Part shown: positions 46,401 through 56,160 of the stretch, in pieces
How the letters are laid out: each line of letters begins with the position of its first letter
Numbering within the stretch: the stretch's first letter is position 1
NCBI GenBank assembly: GCA_013239625.1
Contig: MU053559.1
Location: forward strand, 186,001 to 250,000
Reading direction: 5' to 3'
Source: Lama guanicoe
Lineage: Eukaryota
DNA length: 64,000 bases
Translations under genes and position numbers: made by a program
Notes under the pieces: model-generated
The model's input: only the letters and a program-made list of their open reading frames with translations
What the model was told of the DNA's origin: nothing
The model's database searches: none

Positions 46401-49400
46401 TCCAGGTGACACCTCTGGCTCTGACCTGTCTTCTCTTAGTTCCTTAGTGCTGGCTCAGTAGAGTGTCTCACAAGGTGTGGTGGGAAGACTATGGAGTCAG
46501 GTGGACCTGGGTTCTGGTCTGACTCTGGAACTTTCTAGAACCTGTGTGTCCTAGACCAAGTCGTTTCACTTCTCTGAGACGGAGCCTCTTCAGTTAGGAT
46601 GGCCATTCTGATTCAGGAATAGAAACAAGAATAACAGTGGTTTCTACTAAATAAGATAGGAGCGTAGTTCTCCCTCATGTCCTGATAGGTTTTCTAGGGA
46701 TGGAGTGGTGGCTTTCCAGTTACCAATGGCCCAGGTTCCTTCTGCATTGCTGTTTTGCCATCTTCAACACATGACTTCTGTCTTGGTATCAAAGATGCTT
46801 GTTCAAGTTCCCCTACCATCATGTTTGCATTTTGTCTGGAAGGAAGGCGGAAAGGGGCAAGGACCCAGCATGCCTCTTTCCTTTATAAGCATAACCTAAA
46901 TTATACTCACCACTTCTGCTTACAGAAATTAATCCCCTGGCCACACCTGACTGCAAGGGAGGCAGGGAAACGTCAGCTAGAAGACCGTGAGCCCACCTAT
47001 GAAGTCCAATGCTAAGGAAAGAGGGAAGAATGAATACTGGGAAGCTAGCAGTCTCTGCCAAGTTTCTTATCTAGAAAAAGAGAGAACATCCCCCACTTTA
47101 CCAGTGTTAAGGGAGATGTTCTAGCAGAAGTGTCCTGGGTGACCAGCACCTCCTAGGGGCTCTTTATCAACCTCACCCCTTTGTTCCCACATTAGGAGTC
47201 ATTGCGGGCCAATAGTCGGCTGCTGGAACAACTTCAGGAAGTTGGGCAGGAGAAGGAGCAATTGACCCAGGAACTACAGGAGGCTCGGAAGGTGCGCAGC
47301 ACCGGGTGGGGAGGCCCAGTCTACAGAGGGGCCGGTGATGTGGACAAACCAGTGGGAATGAGAGGGACAGAAAGTGATCAGTTCCGTGAGGATGAGTGAA
47401 TGACATACCTGTTCATTGGGGACGGGGAGGAGGTGGACTTTGGCTCTAGGGGAGGAGATTGACTGACACCCTCCTGCCCCACCCTCCTGGGCGCCAGAGT
47501 GCTGAGAAGCGGAAGGCCATGCTGGATGAACTAGCCATGGAGACGCTGCAGGAGAAGTCCCAGCACAAGGAGGAGCTGGGAGCGGTCCGACTACGGCATG
47601 AGAAGGAGGTGCTAGGGGTGCGTGCCCGCTATGAGCGGGAGCTCCGCGAGCTGCACGAAGACAAGAAGCGGCAGGAGGAGGAGCTCCGGGGGCAGATCCG
47701 CGAGGAGAAGGTGGGTGGGTAGACGATGAGACCCTCCCTTCTGCCTCTAAAACCTGGGGAGTGTAGTGCTGCTGACAGGCCAGGGGACGGTGTGGGCCTG
47801 GCGCCTGCTCCTTCACCTGCCCGGTGATGGTCTGCCCTCTCACAGGCCCGAACGCGGGAGCTGGAGAATCTCCAGCAGACGGTGGAGGAACTTCAGGCTC
47901 AGGTACACTCTATGGATGGAGCCAAGGGCTGGTTCGAACGGCGCTTGAAGGAGGCTGAGGTGAGTGGGTGCCCAGTCAGCTGCAGAGGCTGGCTGAGGGG
48001 TACCCGTGCCAAACCAGGAGACCGGGAGTGGTTAGGCCCTGGCACTTTCTGAGATGCTCTGGACTTGGGCATCCCCACAGCGCCCCCTGGCTCAACAGCA
48101 GCCCTCTGGAGGGGATCAGGGCACAGCCATCAGTAGGGCAGAATGTCAGATGTACAAATTTGAAAAGACACCTCTTCCTTCTGAAACTACTTCTGTCGGG
48201 AAACTACTGTAATACGCTGATTTTGTTCAAACAAGAATTTTTACTACCTTTTTCTGGAAAACTCATGGTAATACATAAGAGGCAGTGTCACATAGCAGTG
48301 AAGAGCATAGATGCTGGAGCCAGTTGTTTGCCTGGGTTTGAATCCTGGCTGGGCTGCTTTCTAGCTGTGTGACCTTGGGCAAGGTATCTACTTCTCTGTG
48401 CCCCGTTTTTGTCATCTGTGAAAAAGGGATAACCTGCTGCCTCGGTATTATGGGAGGGTTATGCAAAATGAGTTAATGCGTAGAAATTCCCTACAACCTT
48501 CCTGGCATGCAGTAAGCGCCATGTTAACGTTTCGTTAAATAAAAATGTAAATGCAAATGTTGGTTTTAGATGTGAATGTCGCAGCCCTAGATGTGACATA
48601 TCTGAGTATGCAGTGTTCCCTGCAGGAGTGTTTTCTCTGCATACCTAGGGGCCCTGCTGCTATCCCTCACACCCCTCTATGGGCGTGATGTCCTCTGGAG
48701 GGCTGTGGCCAGACCTGGGACTTGTCTTGTAGGACTCTCTGCAGCAGCAGCAGCAGGAACAAGAGGAAGCCCTCAGGCAGTGTCGGGAGCAGCATGCCAA
48801 CGAGCTGAAGGTGCCTAGTGCATGATGGTGCTCCTCTCTGGTGGGAGGACTGAGGTTTCCCAAGCCTGAGCTGCCCTCTGCTTTGCAGAGCAAGGAGGAG
48901 GAGATGCAGGGTGTGCGGGATCAGCTCCAGCAGGTCCAGGAGGAGCGGGACTGCCATCTGAAGACCATCAGCAGCCTGAAGCAGGTCAATGGTCCCTCCT
49001 GGTCCCTCGACACACCCCGGGCCTCAGCTTGCAGTAATGGGGCAGGGAGGGAGCACACAGCATGCGGCCATTCCGGCACCCACCAGCTGTGCTTTCTCCG
49101 CCCCGCAGGAGGTGAAGGACACAGTGGATGGGCAGCGAATCCTGGAGAAGAAGGGCAGTGCTGCGGTATGATGGGGAGGTGTCTGAGCATGGCCCCCTCC
49201 TGCCCTGCCGCCCCTCCCACCTATGGGCCCACTGGGCCTCAGCCCCCTCTTTTCCCCGTTCCCCACAGCTCAAGGACCTCAAACGGCAGCTGCACCTGGA
49301 GCGGAAACGGGCGGATAAGCTGCAGGAGCGGCTGCAGGACATCCTCACCAACAGCAAGAGCCGCTCAGGTGAGGGGCCGGGATGGCAGAGCTTGGGCCTG

Positions 49401-52400
49401 AAGGCTGGGGCTGCTTCCTGTACTTCACTCTGCAGGGCACCCCTGTGTCTTCTGTCCCTCTTGAACCTGGTCTGTCTCCTACCCTTTCTCTGTGCCGTCC
49501 CTCCTCTGTTTCTGTCTCTCTCTGCATTGTCTGTGTCTCTCTCTCCTTCTTGCTGTGTCTCTCCTCTGTTCCTGTCTGTCTCTGCCTCATGTCATCTCTC
49601 TGTATCTGCCTTTCCCTCCCCACTTTCTCTCTCTAGTTCTCTCCTTTTCTCCTCCTGCCTTTTTCCCCTCTCTGTTCCTTTATCTCTGTCTCTCTATTTC
49701 TGTCTCTTCTCTCTCATCTGTCTGTCTGTGTCTCTGCCTCCCCACTATCTCTCATACACTCCCACACCTTACCCAGTGTCTCTAAATCTCTTGTATCCAT
49801 TCTCTCATTCTATAAATTTGGACTGAGCCCTCACACTCATATCCAGGGTCCCTGATAGGAAGTCCCCACTGAGTCTCCGCTCTCCAAAAGCTCCCCATTG
49901 AGCTAGGGAGACAGGCTTACAATCAGGCAGCAATGCTAATCGTTATGTAGCTAAGACCCATGTTATTTCTGCCACTTAAGGCAGAAGACACAACAGAAAA
50001 ACCTGAGTTGCCTTGGAATTTTTTTTTAGAAAGAAATGGCCTACAAATATGTTTAAATAAATAAGATGCAGTGCTGACTCTGCTGCTGAGTACTAGTAAA
50101 TAAATTTAGCAAGTTTGCAGAATGTGAGATTAATATACAAAAATCAATTGTATTAAGAAACAATTGGACATTGAAATTTAAAAACAGTGTATCATAAGCT
50201 CAGGGAGAACTTGCTCCCTGTCCTCCCACAGCCATCCTGCTCTTTCTGGAGATCCTTGGCTCGTGGTGTCAGTCCCTTGTCCTTGACACCCGGAAGCAGC
50301 TGTAAGAGCAGAGGCCCAAGCTTAGTAGCTGTGTTTTAAGTGACCTGGCAAAAACGGGTGTATCTCTCACCAAATCAGTGTCTCTTTGAAGCACTTAGTC
50401 TCCTGAAGTTACCTCTCTTTATAAAGGACAACTTTTATTTCTGTTCTGTTACAGATCAGTGTACAAACAGATTCAAGCTGTGTTCCCTACATTCTGTTCA
50501 TCCATTAGATGAAATTCAGATTTCAGTGCATGGCTACTAGTCTGTCACCATCTTTTCTCTCTGTCTCTGCTCCAACCTGTGTCCTTAGCCAGGGTCTCTG
50601 TTTTCCTCTATCACCTGCTCTGGCTTACTGTCTCTCTGGGGTCTTCTCTCTGCCCGTGGGGTCCCCATGTGCCCTCTCCAGCTGTCTGTACCCTGAGTCT
50701 TGAGTGCATACGCTGCTTTATGCCTCTGTGCGTCCGCCTCGCCATCTTTCTCCCCTCCTTCACCTTTGTTTCGCTTCTGATATATTTGCCTAGAGAGGCA
50801 GCTCCTTTTTCTGTTTCTGCCTCTCCCTACCCTACTGTCTGCTTCCGCTGCTCCCCACGCCCGAGTGTTTCTTTGCCTCTCTCCATCTCTGTCAAATCTA
50901 TTTCTGCTTCTTCCTGCCAGTCGCTGCCCTGGGACCCTGGGGGATTGGGGCTCAGGTTTCTCTTCGCTCTCTGCCCAGGGCTCGAGGAGCTGGTTCTCTC
51001 AGAGATGAACTCACCAAGCCGGACCCAGACTGGGGACAGCAGTAGCGTCTCCTCCTTCAGCTACCGCGAGATCTTGCGGGAGAAGGAGAGCTCAACTGTT
51101 CCGGCCAGGGTAAGGGGCAAGGAAGAGCCTACAGCCTCAGCTTCTCCCCAGATTCTGGGCCCTCCTTTTTCCCTCCCCTGCAGCCATCTTCTACTCTGGG
51201 CCCAGCACACATTTTCTTGTCTACTTTTCCTCAAACTCACCAACTTGGATTCAGATTGCTAAATGGGGGATGGACAGATTATTCTCTCTGGCCCTCAGTT
51301 TCATCATCTGTGGGCTAATTCCACCTTTCCTGGTGCCACAAAATATGTAGGAGGTCCTTGTTTCCAACTCATAGTTATCACTTCTTTTTTTTTTTAATTG
51401 ATGTATAATCAGTTACAATGTGTCAATTTCTGGTGTACCAGCACAATGTCACAGTCATGCATATACATACACAACATTCATTTTCATACAATTATCACTT
51501 ATTATTATTATTGTCTGTCATGTCAGCCTCCTTGCCAGATACTTTTATCCGGAAATAACGTTTTTATCATTCTCTAAGTAGTATGTATGCATTGTAGAAT
51601 AATGTAAAGAATGGAGGGAGGGTATAGCTCAAGTGGTAGAGCGCATGCTTAGCATGCAGGAGGTCCTGAGTTCAATCCCCAGTGCCTCCTCCAAAAATAA
51701 ATAAGTAAACCTAATTACCTCCCCCTCCAAAAAAAAAGTAAAAAACACAAACAACAATTTTAAACAAATCCAAAGAATCGCATCTTTACCATCCAGAGAT
51801 CACCACTTTAAACCCTTAGTTCCTACTCTTCTTGACCTCTCTCTCTTTTTTAAAACCTAAATATGATTATAAGTAATTTGGTTTTGTTCAGCTGATCTCT
51901 GCCCTCCCAATTTGATCAATTTTCATCTTATCTACTACTTTGACTTCGATCAGATTTCTCTAGTTGGTCCCCAAATGTCCTTTATTGCTGGTTTGGTGAA
52001 AACCAACAATCAATTTCAGATCACATTTGTTGCTTCTGGTTGCTTTATGTCCCTTAAGTCCCTTAAGTCTCTTTAATCTAGTCCCTTTTTTCCTAACACC
52101 AACCTGTAGAAGAGACCAGCCCAGCTGAACTGCAGAAAGTGTCCCACCTTCTGGATTTTCCTGTTGGCTTCCTAGTGGTATCATTTAGCTTGTTCCTCTC
52201 TCCCCTAGTTTTTCTGTCAGCTGGAAGTTAGAGCTCATTTGTTGCAGGTTCTCTCTTCATCGTCTCAGTCAGGCTATGGGCTATGATGTGGTGCTTCCTG
52301 TCTCCTCCTTTAGGCAAAAGGGGACCCAGAGTCTCTGAGAGTACTGAGACTTACCTACAGCCCCAATTGCAAAGCCTGCCCCTAGCTTGGCTCTCCTTGG

Positions 52401-54884
52401 CCCCTGATCCTATCTGGGGGGTGGGTGCTGAACCAGGGCTGGCCTCTCCCTTCTTCTTCCCTGCAGTCCTTATCCAGCAGCCCTCAGGCCCAGCCCCCGC
52501 GGCCAGCAGAGCTGTCAGATGAGGAAGTGGCTGAGCTCTTTCAGCGCCTGGCAGAGACGCAGCAGGAGAAATGGATGCTGGAGGAGAAGGTGCCGTCTGC
52601 CTACATGTCCCCGCTTGGCGAGGAGGCCGGGGTGGCAGAAGGGGGTGTTGACGGGGAGTGCCTTGTCTGGCCCCTCCTCGTGTGTGAACACACCCTGTTA
52701 AGGGGTCTGAGGTGAGCTGGGCCACCCTGCAGGTGAAGCACCTGGAGGTGAGCAGCGCGTCCATGGCGGAGGACCTCTGCCGAAAGAGTGCCATCATTGA
52801 GACCTACGTCATGCAGAGCCGGATCGGTCAGTGCCCCCTCCCCAGCCCCTCACCTGCCCCCTCCTCCCCCACCATCCAGAGCTGTGGCTTCTCCTCTCCT
52901 CCCAGAACTCAGCAAAGCTACTGACGAGACCACAGCCCTTGGAGGGGAGAGCCGGGCAGGCCGGTACCTGTGTGTCCTCCTCTGTTCCGGCTCTTGGCTC
53001 CTCCCTCCTCTCTGGGTCTCTGGCCTCTCTCCCCTCTTCTTTCTCTAGTGCGTCTCTGCCCTTCTCATTCTCCTTTCTCCTCCCTGTGTCTCTTCCTCTG
53101 CTCCCTCTCCCTTCTCTTCTTTCTGCCCCATCCCCTCTTCTTCCTGTCTCACTGTTCCTACTCCCTGTCTAGGTGGTTCCATGTCTGGGAAATTTCATTC
53201 TCTGTATGTGTATCCCTTTTAGGGTCCTTCTCTCCTCTCCGCTCTCCATCCCCCTTCCTTCCCCGCCCCCATCTTTGTTTCCTTTGTTCCTTTCTCTCAA
53301 ACCTTCTCCTCTCCCTGCTTTGTCCTTATTAGTCAGAATAATACCAGTTAGCACATGCTGAGAGTTGCCTGTGTGCCCTGTGCCTCTCAGGTGGTTGTAT
53401 CCATTTCTCTAGCTCCATGAGTTAGTTCTCATCCCCGTTTCTCAGGGCCACACAGCTAGTAAGCAAAGCCAGGTCTCACAGGGCAAAGCCTCCGTCCCCT
53501 ACATTAGTAGCTTCTCCCCCTACTTTTCTCCCCTACTCCCCGTTTCCCTCTTTTCTGCTCTGTCTCTGTCCGTCACTCCTCGGGCTCGGCCGAGGGGGTG
53601 GTTCTCAGCCTGGGCCCTTGCAGATGTGTCTGTGGCAGCAGGCCACACAGACCGCAGCGGGCTGGGCAGCGTCCTGAGAGACCTAGTGAAGCCAGGCGAC
53701 GAGAACCTTCGGGAGATGAACAAGAAGCTACAGAACATGCTGGAGGAGCAGCTCACCAAGAATATGCACTTGCACAAGGCAAGTGTGGCCTAGCAGCCTC
53801 CCCCTTTGTCCGTCCAGCCACACGGCCCCTGGGTCATCTGCCAGATCCCCCTACCAACCCATTCAGCCTCATCTTCCCATCCTCCAGTCAACTTACTCAC
53901 TCTTACTTTAGTCTTTCACTCTCCCCTCTGTCCCTACATCCATCTGCTCCTCCATTCCTACACACGCTCACCCACTCTCCCACCAATCCACCCTACTTTT
54001 GCCCATCTGCCCCCGACCCATCTGATCATCTGCCTGTCTTTTTTAAAATTTTTTTTGTGGTGGGAGGAGGGAAGTAATTAGGTTTGTTTGTTTTATCTAT
54101 CTATCAATTTCTTTATTTTTAATGGAGGTACTGGGGATTGAACCCGGGACCTTGTACATGCTAGGCATGTGCTCTACCGCTGAGCTATACCCTCCCCCCC
54201 ATCTACCTGTGTCTTTGCACCCATTTCCACTCTTTCCTACCTGCTCATCAGTCACCCCTCGTCTTACCTTTTACCCTCCCATCACCCAGCGACCTCCCTG
54301 CCTCCTGTTGCCCTCCAGCTGTTCTCTGAACAGTTCATTTGCCCACTTATTTGCCTACCATGGATTCCCCAGGCATCCACCCACACATCCACTCACCCAT
54401 CCTGCCACCCAAGTATTTCCCCATCTCTGGGCAAGTCAGAAAGGGTGCAAATCCGACCCCTGCCTCTGAAGAGCAAGCTCAGCATTTAATAGACAAGAAG
54501 GTAGTGAGGGTGGAGGTCGTATTCTCCAGCCTCTCCGTGCCTAGTAGGTGCTCCACTTCTGTGTCTGTATCCCTAGCTCTGGACGTTCCTCACCCTCCTA
54601 CACACACACCACACACACCTTTTCTGAGCCCAGCCCGCTGCCGGGGGCTCCGTGAGCTTCTCCAAATACCTTCCTGTCACAGGCTAGCCATAGCTGGGCA
54701 TTGATGGGATGAGCAGGATGACACCCTAGGCTTGGTGAGGGATTTCCCCCTGCTGCCTTCTCTGACCCCTGATGGCTCATTTATTTCCTAGGACATGGAA
54801 GTTCTGTCCCAGGAAATTGTGCGGCTCAGCAAGGAGTGCGTGGGGTCCCCTGACCCGGACCTAGAACCAGGAGAAGCCAGCTAA
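34128..54884 (+). CDS. GRIPAP1: GRIP1-associated protein 1 (GRASP-1), coiled-coil endosomal protein, 26 coding exons, 2526 nt, 841 aa
   Basis: Spliced frame [22 protein letters not shown]...[30 protein letters not shown]. Exon lengths sum to 2526 nt with consistent phases. Intron 25 is GC-AG; the rest are GT-AG. Confidence 0.97.
35797..35880. repeat. Perfect 42-bp tandem duplication
   Basis: ACTCCAACCAAGAGGATAGACAGCATTTCTGACAGAATACAG x2. Confidence 0.95.
36277..36343 (+). CDS. GRIPAP1: GRIPAP1 exon 2
   Basis: [22 protein letters not shown]; |GTAAGC. Confidence 0.94.
36483..36544 (+). CDS. GRIPAP1: GRIPAP1 exon 3
   Basis: [21 protein letters not shown]. Confidence 0.94.
37540..37566 (+). 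CDS. GRIPAP1: GRIPAP1 exon 4 (27 nt)
   Basis: ALSKSKKAQ; tttag| and |GTAAGG. Confidence 0.9.
37650..38395. repeat. CT-rich low-complexity tract (similar tracts at 49440-49810 and 52970-53330)
   Basis: About 740 nt of almost purely pyrimidine sequence on the + strand. Confidence 0.85.
38428..38535 (+). CDS. GRIPAP1: GRIPAP1 exon 5
   Basis: [36 protein letters not shown]. Confidence 0.95.
38636..38656 (-). promoter_or_regulatory. RE1/NRSE (REST-binding site)
   Basis: Minus strand reads TTCAGCACCATGGACAGTGGT; the first 17 nt match the RE1 core exactly. Confidence 0.75.
39240..39480 (+). mobile_element. MIR
   Basis: tgtgaccttgagcaagtcacttaacc...tttcc...aaaatgg core. Confidence 0.7.
40170..40410 (-). 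mobile_element. MIR
   Basis: acagatgaggaaaatggagcctcagagag...ccaaggtcaca. Confidence 0.7.
41294..41444 (+). CDS. GRIPAP1: GRIPAP1 exon 6
   Basis: [18 protein letters not shown]...[10 protein letters not shown]. Confidence 0.95.
42277..42461 (+). CDS. GRIPAP1: GRIPAP1 exon 7
   Basis: ALQERYEKE...[21 protein letters not shown]. Confidence 0.95.
42657..42704 (+). CDS. GRIPAP1: GRIPAP1 exon 8 (CAGCAG tandem acceptor)
   Basis: [16 protein letters not shown]; start could also be 42654. Confidence 0.88.
43400..43431 (+). CDS. GRIPAP1: GRIPAP1 exon 9
   Basis: [10 protein letters not shown]; |GTAAAT. Confidence 0.92.
43535..43582 (+). CDS. GRIPAP1: GRIPAP1 exon 10
   Basis: [17 protein letters not shown]. 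Confidence 0.92.
43726..43825 (+). CDS. GRIPAP1: GRIPAP1 exon 11
   Basis: [33 protein letters not shown]. Confidence 0.94.
45134..45211 (+). CDS. GRIPAP1: GRIPAP1 exon 12
   Basis: [26 protein letters not shown]. Confidence 0.94.
45331..45356. repeat. (GT)13 microsatellite in GRIPAP1 intron 12
   Basis: Read directly from the sequence. Confidence 0.95.
45435..45527 (+). CDS. GRIPAP1: GRIPAP1 exon 13 (weak acceptor, probably alternative)
   Basis: [31 protein letters not shown]. Confidence 0.88.
46271..46405 (+). CDS. GRIPAP1: GRIPAP1 exon 14
   Basis: [15 protein letters not shown]...KDDLNSQLQ. Confidence 0.94.
47196..47291 (+). CDS. GRIPAP1: GRIPAP1 exon 15
   Basis: [32 protein letters not shown]. 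Confidence 0.94.
47498..47710 (+). CDS. GRIPAP1: GRIPAP1 exon 16
   Basis: [15 protein letters not shown]...[10 protein letters not shown]. Confidence 0.95.
47846..47959 (+). CDS. GRIPAP1: GRIPAP1 exon 17
   Basis: [38 protein letters not shown]. Confidence 0.95.
48280..48530 (+). mobile_element. MIR
   Basis: ctgggtttgaatcctggct...ctagctgtgtgaccttgggcaag. Confidence 0.72.
48733..48810 (+). CDS. GRIPAP1: GRIPAP1 exon 18
   Basis: [26 protein letters not shown]. Confidence 0.94.
48889..48984 (+). CDS. GRIPAP1: GRIPAP1 exon 19
   Basis: [32 protein letters not shown]. Confidence 0.94.
49109..49165 (+). CDS. GRIPAP1: GRIPAP1 exon 20
   Basis: [19 protein letters not shown]. Confidence 0.94.
49269..49368 (+). 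CDS. GRIPAP1: GRIPAP1 exon 21
   Basis: [33 protein letters not shown]. Confidence 0.95.
50979..51109 (+). CDS. GRIPAP1: GRIPAP1 exon 22
   Basis: [23 protein letters not shown]...STVPAR. Confidence 0.95.
51614..51775 (+). mobile_element. Vic-1-type SINE
   Basis: Canonical head and tail. Confidence 0.85.
52467..52589 (+). CDS. GRIPAP1: GRIPAP1 exon 23
   Basis: [41 protein letters not shown]. Confidence 0.95.
52733..52826 (+). CDS. GRIPAP1: GRIPAP1 exon 24
   Basis: [31 protein letters not shown]. Confidence 0.94.
53624..53778 (+). CDS. GRIPAP1: GRIPAP1 exon 25 (GC donor)
   Basis: [15 protein letters not shown]...[12 protein letters not shown]; donor AAG|GCAAGT. Confidence 0.92.
54038..54200 (-). 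mobile_element. Vic-1-type SINE
   Basis: ggggattgaacccgggacc...ctgagctataccctcccc; flanking catct.cctgt repeat. Confidence 0.85.
54792..54884 (+). CDS. GRIPAP1: GRIPAP1 exon 26 (coding part, to TAA)
   Basis: [30 protein letters not shown]. Confidence 0.94.
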   Translation, partial: DMEVLSQEIVRLSKECVGSPDPDLEPGEAS

Positions 54885-55287
54885 AGACCTGCAGGCTGCA
54901 CCCACTCCCTCCCCTCCCCACCCCTCAAGACACCATTCCTTTGGCCTGTGGTGGGAAAGTGGGGGCCAGCGCCAAAATCAGATAGGTCAGGAAACTGGAC
55001 ATTAAAGGGGTTGGAGGCCTGATGGCTGGTGTTCGTGACCCTGTCTTAGGGCCGAGGCCCCTGGGGAGTGGGGAATCCTGAGGGGAGGGACAGGGATTTC
55101 TCCTCCTTTTTTGGCCCTGGCTCCCAGGGGCCTTTGCCTTCATCTCTGCATGAGCTCTCCCTCCCAGAGACCAACTCTTTTTTATTTTATTTTATTTTAT
55201 TTTTTAATTTATGTCTGGAAGCCTGGCTACTCTGCATTTGGGTTTGGGGATGTTGGGTGGGGCGTGGTCCATGTTCAGCGGTCTAGC

Positions 55288-55290
<3 letters not shown>

Positions 55291-55342
<52 letters not shown>
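55291..55342. repeat. (GT)26 microsatellite in the GRIPAP1 3' UTR region
   Basis: Read directly from the sequence. Confidence 0.95.
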
Positions 55343-55345
<3 letters not shown>

Positions 55346-55599
55346 GGCTATGCAGCCAAAATACCATCTGGCCAGATGGGCCCACCCACTGACTGTCTGC
55401 TCTCATTCTTTCCAACCATGAGGGATGTGCTGGGGGTGGGGAGGTTACACCATTGGAATGGGGAGGGAGGTCTCTGGCATGAGGAAGGTGGTCTCTGGCT
55501 GCGACTTTACTCCTCTTCCCCAATGCCCCCTCACCCAGCCTGTCTACAGTTACTGCTGACCAGCCTCTGAAACTGAGTGGAGCAGAAATATCTGCAGAT

Positions 55600-56160
55600 A
55601 TGTATGTGAGTGGATGTGTATGGGGTGTGGGTGTGGATGAGTAGACAGATCGGGGGATGGATAAGTGGTTGGATGGACTGATGGATAAGTAAGTAGAAGG
55701 TTGCATGGATCGATGATGGATAGGTTGGGAAATTAATGGACAGATGGATGGATAGGTAATTGAATAAATGGACAAATGGATTGCTAGGTGGGTAGAGGAT
55801 GGACAGGTGGGGATATAAGTGGAAAGGTGGATGGCTAAAGGAATATGTTGCTGGAAGAGTGGGCAGATGGATCGATGAACTAATAAATGGGAAGAGTAGA
55901 AAGTAGATGAATTAATGATAGGTAGGGCTATGGATAAGACAGATGGGTAGAGTGGGATCCATATGGATAGGCTGAAAAATAGGTGGATGGGGTGAATATA
56001 CAAATGGATGAGTGAATGGTTGTGTGGATTAATGACTAAATTGGATAGAGAGGTGGGTAGAGGGAAGGGTAGAGTAATTGGTGTGAGTAGGAGAATGGAT
56101 GGAGAGGGGAGGTAGGTGGGTGGAGGGATGAAGAAATGGACGAATCAGGAGTGTGATGAG
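55600..56160. repeat. Degenerate (TGGA/GGAT)n low-complexity tract
   Basis: Repeated gatgga/gtgga/gatag units. Confidence 0.8.

Noticed and set aside
50430..50460. Cryptic acceptor ttttatttctgttctgttacag in GRIPAP1 intron 21
   Set aside because: I see no clear partner donor or recognisable peptide, and the 841-aa frame is complete without it
55275..56003. 242-aa minus-strand ORF
   Set aside because: It is the translation of the (TCCA)n-like tract and (CA)n repeat
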